UHGV virus genome: UHGV-0282798
DNA from: a virus
Reading direction: 5' to 3' (one strand)
Length of the DNA: 45,006 bases
In this document: one piece after another, positions 8,132 to 15,167 of the stretch
Numbering within the stretch: position 1 is the first letter of the stretch
Layout: each line of letters starts with the position of its first letter
Notes under the pieces: generated by a model
Seen by the model: only the letters and a program-made list of their open reading frames with translations
What the model was told of the DNA's origin: nothing
Databases searched by the model: none
Program-made: the position numbers and the translations under genes

Positions 8132-8315
8132 TGTAGTAGCGCGCCTGCTTGACGCTTTCGCAACGCGTCAACGTAACCCACCAGAACAACCCGACCCTCA
8201 CCTGCACGGCGGGTGTAATTCGTTTCTCACCGAAGGCGGTAACCCACTCTTCGCTAACTATGCGGTATTTACTTAACACGGCAACCTCCCTCAGAGTCGT
8301 CGGCACGAGCATCAT
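8064..8315 (-). CDS. Hypothetical protein
   Basis: ORF track; co-directional early gene chain. Confidence 0.4.
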   Translation of the reverse strand: MMLVPTTLREVAVLSKYRIVSEEWVTAFGEKRITPAVQVRVGLFWWVTLTRCESVKQARYYIEHGCTRREKSKVIGVISYEKL

Positions 8316-8478
8316 GATTCGATGCCGTTCGGATAGAACGCAAACTATGTAGCATTCTCCCGGCGGAAGCTGTGATAATCGTTACCCCATCTAAAATAAC
8401 AACCTCGTACCTGTTTACCCGGAAATGCACTTTCTCCAGTTTATGATGTTTCAGCTCTTCAAATAATTCTTCCATCAC
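8269..8478 (-). CDS. Hypothetical protein
   Basis: ORF track (GTG start in track; ATG at 8473-8475 is more likely). Confidence 0.4.
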   Translation of the reverse strand: MMEELFEELKHHKLEKVHFRVNRYEVVILDGVTIITASAGRMLHSLRSIRTASNHDARADDSEGGCRVK

Positions 8479-8672
8479 TTCACCCCTTTGAATTTAAAAT
8501 TGTTGCCGATGAGTTCTAAATACTCCGCGCTTACAGTTGCATGGCCGCCAGTAAATACATTGCGAAGTTTACAAATGGCAGCACTGCCTCTGTTGTTGGT
8601 GGAAAATACGGAGTACAAACATCCCGACTTTTTACTACGGACCAACTGACCCTTCTTAAACATAACCCTCAC
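8475..8672 (-). CDS. Hypothetical protein
   Basis: ORF track; likely start ATG 8661-8663 (MFKKGQLV) with GAGG RBS. Confidence 0.4.
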   Translation of the reverse strand: MRVMFKKGQLVRSKKSGCLYSVFSTNNRGSAAICKLRNVFTGGHATVSAEYLELIGNNFKFKGVK

Positions 8673-8697
8673 CCCTCTGTCTCGTTTCGATAAGTGA

Positions 8698-8726
8698 ATA
8701 GTATCCTATTATGTTTGGGTGTGCAA
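8698..8726 (-). promoter_or_regulatory. Sigma70-type promoter (minus strand) TTGCAC-17-TACTAT with dyad
   Basis: Reverse complement: TTGCAC (8721-8726), 17 bp, TACTAT (8698-8703); dyad AATAGTATCCTATT at 8697-8710; about 30 bp upstream of the first minus-strand early gene. Confidence 0.45.
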
Positions 8727-8899
8727 GAGAATAGTTACGTTGCCGTTGTGATTCTTTCGTTTCTTAAAAGAGTACGCAACGCAGGGGGTGGGCATTAGCC
8801 CACCCCAGCGGAGTGAAGTACTCTCTACCTTGCTCACGGCAACTATAGAAACTTTTAATTATCAGTGACTTGGGTATTTAGGCGGGATTAACAATAGAC

Positions 8900-9000
8900 T
8901 ATGGCCCTTCCGAATGCGGGCAGCGACACTACACTCAGTGCTAACGCACCGCTCCGTTCTCCTGCCGCACCGCGGTCGCTTGTTCATACTTCACAAGCTC
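8900..9000 (-). ncRNA. Conserved structured 5-prime leader RNA or small RNA (putative), copy 1
   Basis: About 100 nt downstream of the repeat promoter are conserved between copies with compensatory changes in two hairpins; the only ORF through it is not conserved in copy 2. Confidence 0.35.
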
Positions 9001-9006
9001 AGGTGG

Positions 9007-9035
9007 AGCTTAGCATATTTTTAGTGAAAAGTCAA
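9007..9035 (-). promoter_or_regulatory. Sigma70 promoter inside repeat copy 1 (minus strand): TTGACT-17-TGcTAAGCT
   Basis: Reverse complement: -35 TTGACT (9030-9035), 17-bp spacer, extended -10 TGC TAAGCT (9007-9015); identical in copy 2. Confidence 0.5.
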
Positions 9036-9083
9036 TATCAGTAGCATCTTTTGTATCTTAGTAACTTTGTTGTTGCTTTTTGC

Positions 9084-9112
9084 TTGAAGTACCATTATCT
9101 TAGGTACTTCAA
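9084..9112. promoter_or_regulatory. Perfect 10-bp inverted repeat (TTGAAGTACC / GGTACTTCAA)
   Basis: 9084-9093 and 9103-9112 with a 9-nt loop, about 20 bp upstream of the ATG of the first plus-strand replication-block gene. Confidence 0.4.
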
Positions 9113-9130
9113 CAACTGAGGGGTATTTAG

Positions 9131-9274
9131 ATGAAGATTTGCCAGATGTGTAGGAAAGAAAAAGAAGAAGGTGCATTCCTTAAACGTTATGACAGAAAAG
9201 GAACGCGTAGTTATTGCCGTGAATGTTTCAATGCATACCGCAAACAATTAAGAGAGGCTAAGAAGAATGCATAA
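9131..9274 (+). CDS. Small Zn-ribbon protein (47 aa)
   Basis: Own translation MKICQMCRKEKEEGAFLKRYDRKGTRSYCRECFNAYRKQLREAKKNA (CxxC ... CxxC); GAGGGG RBS; below ORF-track cutoff. Confidence 0.4.
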   Translation: MKICQMCRKEKEEGAFLKRYDRKGTRSYCRECFNAYRKQLREAKKNA

Positions 9275-9716
9275 ATACTTAGATGAGTTTCTGAAATCGT
9301 TAAACCTGATATTAGCCGAGAACCCGGGAGCGTCACTGCATGACATTAAATCGGCAATAGAACTCGACGGGCCAATTAGTGCCGTGATTTCATTGCTTGG
9401 GTATTTCGGGGAGATAGACCGTGTTTATGATGGTAGTAAATATCTGTATTGGGTTAAAGGCGGTAAGCCATCCAATGTTATATCAGTTCCTTTTCCCGAG
9501 AAGGGCCAACTTACGGAGTTACAAAAACTAGTCTATGGAAAATGTCTTGAACAGCAAGGCCGACGCATCACCCCTAGTGCGGTATACGCCCTGGTAAAAG
9601 ATGACGTCACCAATCTTGGTGCTGTCTGTACCGCTATGCGCGGACTTTCTAAAAAAGGTTTGTTGATTAAGGTGTGTGATGGCGTGTATGCTCTTGCAGT
9701 ACCAAACGCCAAATAA
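9267..9716 (+). CDS. Winged-helix-like DNA-binding protein
   Basis: ORF track; two similar half-sequences (LHDIKSAIELDG... and SAVYALVKDDVTNLGAVCTAMRGLSKKGLL) suggest tandem winged-helix folds. Confidence 0.45.
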   Translation: MHKYLDEFLKSLNLILAENPGASLHDIKSAIELDGPISAVISLLGYFGEIDRVYDGSKYLYWVKGGKPSNVISVPFPEKGQLTELQKLVYGKCLEQQGRRITPSAVYALVKDDVTNLGAVCTAMRGLSKKGLLIKVCDGVYALAVPNAK

Positions 9717-9774
9717 AAGAAAGCCCCGACGCGGTGAACGCCGAGGCCAAATTACTTGCTGAAGGAAATACAAC

Positions 9775-12042
9775 ATGTCCGATGTAATTTTATCCTACTC
9801 GTGGTCCCGTCGCAACGCGCGGGCAGAGAAAAAGGATATAAACGTCAGAACTACACACACGGCAACACTGGACGACCTGAAAGAGTTAATCCAGCCGCTC
9901 GATGCTGTTCGTGACGGAATTAACCCTAAGACAGCACCTGGCTATATTACTGCCGCGTGCGACTCAACGCACAGCACCGTAAAAGACCCGGAAACCGGTG
10001 ACTTTAAGCAAGCGCGTAAGGGTTTTTTCTATCGTTGCGACGCATCTGTAAGCAAATCGTCACTGGCGTATCTGGACTTCGACAGCGCAACACCGGAAGA
10101 GTATCAGGAAGCGGTGCGCCTGGTTAAGCGCAGCCGCCAGGCTATGTGCCTCTACACCACGGCATCGCATACCGATGAGTCTCCTCGCTTTCGCGTCGTC
10201 ATGCCGCTGGGACGCCCGGTCGAAGGTGGCGACATCATCCGCGTTCGTCATGGATTGCTCGGGCACTTCTTCAAAGGCATGGGTGCTGACCGCAGCGGGT
10301 TCACTCTGTCACAGCCGATGTACCTGCCGCCGGTTGGCGCTACCGTTATCTGGTCACGCCGCAATGACCTGATTGACCCGGACGAGTTACTGGAGGGTAT
10401 CCCCGCCGTTGACGTCAGCAGCGCATCGGATTACCAGATTCCGGAAGAACTGCGCACCGCGTTTACTGATGCGTTCGAGGTACTGGCGTTTGAGTACGGC
10501 GGCATCATGACGCCACGCGGCCTTAAGATGCCAGCTACACCGGAACACGCAGAAAACTACAGCGATCCAACACCGCGCCTGGACGACTTCCTATTGTGCT
10601 TTCCGCGCGAAGGGTACGAAGCGCCTAACGTAACCATGATTCACGACACCGACATTACCGCAACCGAAGGCATGTCGCCGAAGGAGGTGTGGAAGTATGC
10701 GTGTGATGCGACCGGGTTGCCGTTCAGTGAAGTCGCTGAGGCAATCGGCTGGGGTGCGCGTGAATCAGTTTCATGCAGCCTGGACGACCTGGAAGACGAT
10801 GAGGACTCAGAGGAGGACGAGTTACCAGAACCGGTAAAGGCTGATTTCGTCGTTGAAGGGTACATGCCGTCAGATTGTATCTGGGATATTGTCGGGGAAT
10901 CTGGCACGTACAAATCATTCTATACGCTGGGTATGATGTATCTCAGCGCCGCTGGTTACCGGTTTGCGGGGGCGGATACCCAGCGTTGTCACCATTTCTA
11001 TATCGATGGTGAGGGTGGTGCAGCCACACGTACACGTATCGATGCCCTCGCGGCTAAATATGGCGAGGAAGGTAAAGATTACGTACATGTCATCGATATG
11101 GGCGAAGTCGGCAAACTGAAAAGCCTGATTAAGTTAATGCGCGAAACCGCTGGCGATGAGCCAATAGGCATGGTTGCATTCGACACCCTTAACCAGACGC
11201 TGGCCCTGACAATCGATAAGTTCGACGAGAACAGTTCATCGACGGCAATCGGCATGGGTAAAGTTATCGCCATCCTGAAAGAAGTACGCGACGCAACTAA
11301 AGCCGCAGTAGGCGTTGTTCACCATACGCCGAAAGGCGGGAAGAAAGCACGTGGTAGCGGGGCACTGTATGCGGGTGTTGACGTGGAACTGACAATTGAG
11401 CGTGCAACCGACCGTCAGATAAACGTATATCACTCGAAATTTAAGCACGGGCCTCAACAGAAGACTGTTGGCATGGTTCTGGAGTCCGTACAGTTCCGTG
11501 AAGCCCCGCCGCCGAAACAGTACCGCGCGGTTGAGTTCCTGGGTAGCACAGAGGAATACGGCACAATCGTTAACCTCGACCTGCCGGAGCCGCACAAGGC
11601 GCTTGTGTTGATGCCGTGGGGCTTTGAACCGTTCAAGACCGACGAGGAGAAAGAGCGGGAAGAAGGGCTGACAAAGGAAGGTAAAGAAAACGTACGTAAA
11701 ACCGTAGAGAACGCCGTCAACAGCTCAGAAGCCACAATACTGGCAGCGTTTGAACTGGCGGAAGGAACCTACAACGGAAACGAAGGTATCACAGTAGCCG
11801 CAGCGAATAAGCTGGCACAGTCCGACCCCAACGCAAAGGCGTTTAACTCCAAAGAAGCCATAGAACGCGGGAAGATTAAGAAAATGGTTGAGGCCGGGTA
11901 TCTTGTACCGGGGACTGACGAAAACAATCAGATAATACCGGGCCGTTACAGACTTAACACCAGGATAACAGATAACAAGATTCCGAAGACAATATACGAA
12001 CCGAATGAAATGCTGACAGTGACCGAGGAGGATTTGGAATAG
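9775..12042 (+). CDS. Primase-polymerase (AEP) fused to RepA/DnaB-like helicase
   Basis: N-terminal AEP-like motifs (LDFDS, TTASHT); C-terminal P-loop GESGTYKS and Walker-B-like VAFDTLNQ; acidic linker DDLEDDEDSEEDE; C-terminus TVTEEDLE. Confidence 0.7.
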   Translation: MSDVILSYSWSRRNARAEKKDINVRTTHTATLDDLKELIQPLDAVRDGINPKTAPGYITAACDSTHSTVKDPETGDFKQARKGFFYRCDASVSKSSLAYLDFDSATPEEYQEAVRLVKRSRQAMCLYTTASHTDESPRFRVVMPLGRPVEGGDIIRVRHGLLGHFFKGMGADRSGFTLSQPMYLPPVGATVIWSRRNDLIDPDELLEGIPAVDVSSASDYQIPEELRTAFTDAFEVLAFEYGGIMTPRGLKMPATPEHAENYSDPTPRLDDFLLCFPREGYEAPNVTMIHDTDITATEGMSPKEVWKYACDATGLPFSEVAEAIGWGARESVSCSLDDLEDDEDSEEDELPEPVKADFVVEGYMPSDCIWDIVGESGTYKSFYTLGMMYLSAAGYRFAGADTQRCHHFYIDGEGGAATRTRIDALAAKYGEEGKDYVHVIDMGEVGKLKSLIKLMRETAGDEPIGMVAFDTLNQTLALTIDKFDENSSSTAIGMGKVIAILKEVRDATKAAVGVVHHTPKGGKKARGSGALYAGVDVELTIERATDRQINVYHSKFKHGPQQKTVGMVLESVQFREAPPPKQYRAVEFLGSTEEYGTIVNLDLPEPHKALVLMPWGFEPFKTDEEKEREEGLTKEGKENVRKTVENAVNSSEATILAAFELAEGTYNGNEGITVAAANKLAQSDPNAKAFNSKEAIERGKIKKMVEAGYLVPGTDENNQIIPGRYRLNTRITDNKIPKTIYEPNEMLTVTEEDLE

Positions 12043-12070
12043 GTAAAAAGAAAGGGGCGTTAAGCCCCTT
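12041..12070 (-). terminator. Intrinsic terminator for the repressor gene
   Basis: Stem AAGGGGC (12052-12058) / GCCCCTT (12064-12070); on the minus strand it is followed by UCUUUUUACC. Lies between the convergent primase and repressor genes. Confidence 0.5.
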
Positions 12071-12275
12071 CACCCAACGCCAGCCACTTGGCGTCTACTT
12101 GCAGCACTTCCGCCAGTTTAAACAGCGTTGCCGGGCGGACGTCCTGAGTTACCCCGAGTGCAAGCTGGTTAATCGCGCCCTGGGAAACGCCCGCAAGGAC
12201 CGCCAGACGGCGCTGGGAGATACCGAGTTCTTTACGGCGTTGCTCTACACGGATGCCTAGTTCAGATGGTTGCAT
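12060..12275 (-). CDS. XRE-family HTH transcriptional regulator (Cro/CI-like)
   Basis: 71 aa; QRRKELGISQRRLAVLAGVSQGAINQLALG is a classic XRE HTH. Confidence 0.75.
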   Translation of the reverse strand: MQPSELGIRVEQRRKELGISQRRLAVLAGVSQGAINQLALGVTQDVRPATLFKLAEVLQVDAKWLALGEGA

Positions 12276-12305
12276 GTCAATTACTCCTTAGTCAGTTGAT
12301 ATGTG

Positions 12306-12368
12306 AATAGTACCATATTAATTATTTTAGAAAAGCCCATTGACACGTGAATAGTTCGCTATTATAGT
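12306..12368 (+). promoter_or_regulatory. Promoter TTGACA-17-TATAGT with two AATAG-N4-CTATT dyads
   Basis: -35 TTGACA 12340-12345, -10 TATAGT 12363-12368; dyads AATAGTACCATATT (12306-12319) and AATAGTTCGCTATT (12350-12363); divergent from the repressor start at 12275. Confidence 0.5.
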
Positions 12369-12400
12369 TAGCCTATACCAAACGAGAGGAGAGAAACAAA

Positions 12401-12550
12401 ATGATTAACAACCGCAAAGCAAAGGTTCTGTTGGGCCTTGATATCGCATTTGGAACTAAAGAAACCGCACGCTATCGCGTAAGCAACAATCGTGTTGGCT
12501 TCTTCGACAAAGCTACAGGCCAGTTAGTTAAAACCGTTAAATATAAATAA
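12401..12550 (+). CDS. Small ORF (49 aa)
   Basis: Own translation MINNRKAKVLLGLDIAFGTKETARYRVSNNRVGFFDKATGQLVKTVKYK; RBS GAGAGGAGAGAAACAAA; first gene after the promoter. Confidence 0.4.
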   Translation: MINNRKAKVLLGLDIAFGTKETARYRVSNNRVGFFDKATGQLVKTVKYK

Positions 12551-12565
12551 ACAGGAGAGAAACAA

Positions 12566-13066
12566 ATGTTAGACCAATTCTTAAAATTACTGGAACGTTT
12601 CGTAGTTGCACATGAACTGATTGCTGCGAACAGCGCGAAAGAACCTGTGATTGGCTCCCCGGAACATTTTGCTGAGTTTTGTAAGTTGCAGGGTGTAAGT
12701 GTAAAAGAGGCTTTAACTAAACCTTCAAAAGAAATCCCGGTCGAAGGTGAAGACATCGTCGACACTAAACCGGCAGAAGAAGAGAAGCCAAAACGTAAGA
12801 CGCGTAAAGCTAAAGTAGAGGAACCAACGCCAGAACCGGAAGAAGAGAAAGAAGAAGTCGATTACCAGTCTCTTCGTGACCAGATTCAGGCTATCGATGA
12901 TGCAATTAACGAAGGTCCGAGTGATGCTGCGTGTGACGATTCTGATGAACTGCTGGAAGAGTTCACCGGTAAGAAGATGAAGATTGCCGCGATTAAAGAC
13001 GAAGACCTGGCCGAGTACCTGGAACGCCTCACGGCAATCAAGAACAAGTATTTCGAAGAAGAATAA
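12566..13066 (+). CDS. Acidic hypothetical protein
   Basis: ORF track; RBS AGGAGAGAAACAA nearly identical to that of the preceding small ORF; Glu/Asp-rich with a K/R patch. Confidence 0.5.
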   Translation: MLDQFLKLLERFVVAHELIAANSAKEPVIGSPEHFAEFCKLQGVSVKEALTKPSKEIPVEGEDIVDTKPAEEEKPKRKTRKAKVEEPTPEPEEEKEEVDYQSLRDQIQAIDDAINEGPSDAACDDSDELLEEFTGKKMKIAAIKDEDLAEYLERLTAIKNKYFEEE

Positions 13067-13121
13067 CTACTTAACTTATGGTGCCATCATACGTGAGGGC
13101 ACCAAACTGAGGGTCGGAATT

Positions 13122-13610
13122 ATGGATTGGCATGAGATATTCGACTATGACCGCGCCACAGGAAAATTGTATTGGAAAATACAGCCATCTCATGCGGTTA
13201 AGCCGGGTGAAGAGGCTGGAAGTGTGGGAACTGAGGGTTATGTAGATGTTGGTTTTGCAGGCCGTTTATATAAGGCGCATCGCATTATATGGGATATGAT
13301 GAACACTGACGATAAACTAACGCCGAACCACCAAATAGACCACATAAACCATATCAGAACGGATAATAGGATAGAAAATTTAAGGAAGGTACACCACTGT
13401 GACAACGCCAAAAATCAAAGCATGCGCGTAGACAATACCTCAGGTGTCGCGGGAGTATACTTCGACCGAACTAATAGAAAATGGAGGGCCCGCATTAGGG
13501 CGAGTGGCACGACCATTTGTTTGGGGAGATACGATAGTTTAGAAGAAGCCGCATGCGCACGCCAGAAAGCAGAAGAGATTTACGGGTTTCACAAAAATCA
13601 TGGGGGGTAA
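13122..13610 (+). CDS. HNH-AP2 homing-type endonuclease
   Basis: HQIDHINHIRTDNRIENLR (HNH) followed by AGVYFDRTNRKWRARIRASGTTICLGRYDSLEEAACARQKAEEIYG (AP2). ORF track starts at 12984; ATG 13122 (MDWHEIF) with RBS avoids overlap. Confidence 0.75.
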   Translation: MDWHEIFDYDRATGKLYWKIQPSHAVKPGEEAGSVGTEGYVDVGFAGRLYKAHRIIWDMMNTDDKLTPNHQIDHINHIRTDNRIENLRKVHHCDNAKNQSMRVDNTSGVAGVYFDRTNRKWRARIRASGTTICLGRYDSLEEAACARQKAEEIYGFHKNHGG

Positions 13611-13613
13611 AAG

Positions 13614-14855
13614 ATGATTTTAAAAGAACGCGGCGGCAATAACGACGTACATGCCTTACTGTCGCCGTCAGGGGCTAAAAAGTGGCTAAGTTGCGCTGCA
13701 TCACTGGCATGTGAAAAAGATATTCCCAACACGTCTGGTAAAGCTGCCGTTACAGGGACCGCGTGTCACACCATAGCGGAGATGCACCTTAACCAGTACA
13801 TCAAAGGCCCTGCGTTGCCGTTAGAGCGTGAAGTTGGTGCTTATGTTCTGGACGAGGGTAAGGGCCAGATTAAGGCGCTAATCAGCCCGATGAAAGGCGC
13901 GGTACTGATTACGGCGGACATGATTGAGCAGGTGCGCAAGTACACCGACTACTGCAAAGCGATTATCGACGTTGCCACTTACGCCAAGCTGGAGATGCGC
14001 GTCAATCTTACTGAGGTATTGCATCCGGGATATGAAGGCGTTGAGACGTTCGGAACCGCCGACCTTGTTGCCGTGCAGGAACTGGCAAACACTGACGAGC
14101 ACATGTTAATTATCGGCGACCTGAAAACAGGACGGCATCGTGTCGAAGCGAAAGAAAACAAGCAGCTTATGCTTTACGCTCTAGGCGTTTATCGCCGACT
14201 CAAGAGACGCTATAACATCACAGTTGTGCGCCTGGTCATCTTCCAGCCGTACGCTGGCGGGGCGTCGGAGTGGGACATCTTGGTTGAAGGTCTGGAACTG
14301 TTCGCTAAGTTTGCACAGAAACGTGCGCTGTTAGCCCTTGATGCGTATTTCCGTGGCAAGAAGAATCTGAAAGCGTCGGACTTCAGGCCGTCGGTCGATG
14401 GTTGTCAGTGGTGCCGGTTCTCTGAACAATGCGCCGCTCGTACAAAGACGGTTAATTCTGTACTGGCGGAAGAACTGGAAGACGACTTTGCGCTGGAACT
14501 TACGCCGGAGCAACTCGTCGCCGAGTATGAGAAGTTGCCGCTGTTGCGCCAGCACATCGACAAGGTTGAGAAAGCGATGGTCGCCGCATTGCATTCTGGT
14601 AAGAAAGTTCCTGGGTACAAGCTGGTTGAAGGTAAGATGGGCAATCGTGCGTGGAAAGACGCGGAGAAAGTAACAGAACTCTACGGCGACAAGCTGACTA
14701 AAGAAGTGCTCATGACGCCAACCGAAGCTGTTAAAGTGCTACCGGAAGAAGAACTGAAAGACTTCATCACACGTAAGCCCGGTGCCCCATGCGTCACAAC
14801 GGCAGACGACAAACGTCCTGAGTGGAATCAGGTAACAGAGGAGGATTTAGAATGA
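13614..14855 (+). CDS. PD-(D/E)XK exonuclease, Cas4/RecB-like
   Basis: Motifs GTADLVAV, IGDLKTG, QLMLYALG and the Cys cluster DGCQWCRFSEQC (C-x2-C-x5-C) plus an N-terminal Cys; C-terminus ends TEEDLE. Confidence 0.7.
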   Translation: MILKERGGNNDVHALLSPSGAKKWLSCAASLACEKDIPNTSGKAAVTGTACHTIAEMHLNQYIKGPALPLEREVGAYVLDEGKGQIKALISPMKGAVLITADMIEQVRKYTDYCKAIIDVATYAKLEMRVNLTEVLHPGYEGVETFGTADLVAVQELANTDEHMLIIGDLKTGRHRVEAKENKQLMLYALGVYRRLKRRYNITVVRLVIFQPYAGGASEWDILVEGLELFAKFAQKRALLALDAYFRGKKNLKASDFRPSVDGCQWCRFSEQCAARTKTVNSVLAEELEDDFALELTPEQLVAEYEKLPLLRQHIDKVEKAMVAALHSGKKVPGYKLVEGKMGNRAWKDAEKVTELYGDKLTKEVLMTPTEAVKVLPEEELKDFITRKPGAPCVTTADDKRPEWNQVTEEDLE

Positions 14856-15088
14856 TTCGTAAAATGTTCGGAGTAATTGGCGGTTTTGTAGCGTTTTTAA
14901 CCTATCACGCTCTAATACTGCCGCTGGTTATAATGCTTCTTCCGTTTTTCGTGTATACCGCCTTTAAGTGCAGGAAAATAGAACTAGAGGATTTGGTGTA
15001 CGCCAAAGAAGTTGAGTGGGTGCGTAATTTGAAGTGGCCCAACGTATACCTAACTATAGTTGAGAAAATAACTGGCTGGAAGGGTTGA
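14852..15088 (+). CDS. Small membrane protein
   Basis: ORF track begins at 14822; ATG 14852 has RBS GAGGAGG. Hydrophobic segments FGVIGGFVAFLTYHALILPLVIMLLPFFVYTAF. Confidence 0.4.
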   Translation: MIRKMFGVIGGFVAFLTYHALILPLVIMLLPFFVYTAFKCRKIELEDLVYAKEVEWVRNLKWPNVYLTIVEKITGWKG

Positions 15089-15113
15089 CACCTGAATAGC
15101 AAGCTATTATAGT
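15085..15113 (+). promoter_or_regulatory. Promoter TTGACA-17-TATAGT with perfect dyad
   Basis: -35 15085-15090, -10 15108-15113; dyad AATAGCAAGCTATT 15095-15108; about 55 bp upstream of the SSB gene. Confidence 0.5.
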
Positions 15114-15167
15114 TCTAATCACTGGCCGGGCAGCTTCCCGGAGTAAACTGAAAAGCGAGAAATCAAG

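Larger units (their letters stand above)
8900..9035. repeat. Repeat copy 1 of a ~135-bp promoter-plus-leader element (copy 2 at 41398-41532)
   Basis: Direct repeat, roughly 88% identical by eye (about 15 substitutions and one 1-nt indel). Confidence 0.85.

Noticed and set aside
8900-9043. 47-codon plus-strand ORF (MALPNAGSDTTLSANAPLRSPAAPRSLVHTSQAQVELSIFLVKSQYQ) running through repeat copy 1
   Set aside because: In copy 2 the same frame stops after 8 codons because of a 1-nt indel and substitutions, so the conservation between copies is not at the protein level.
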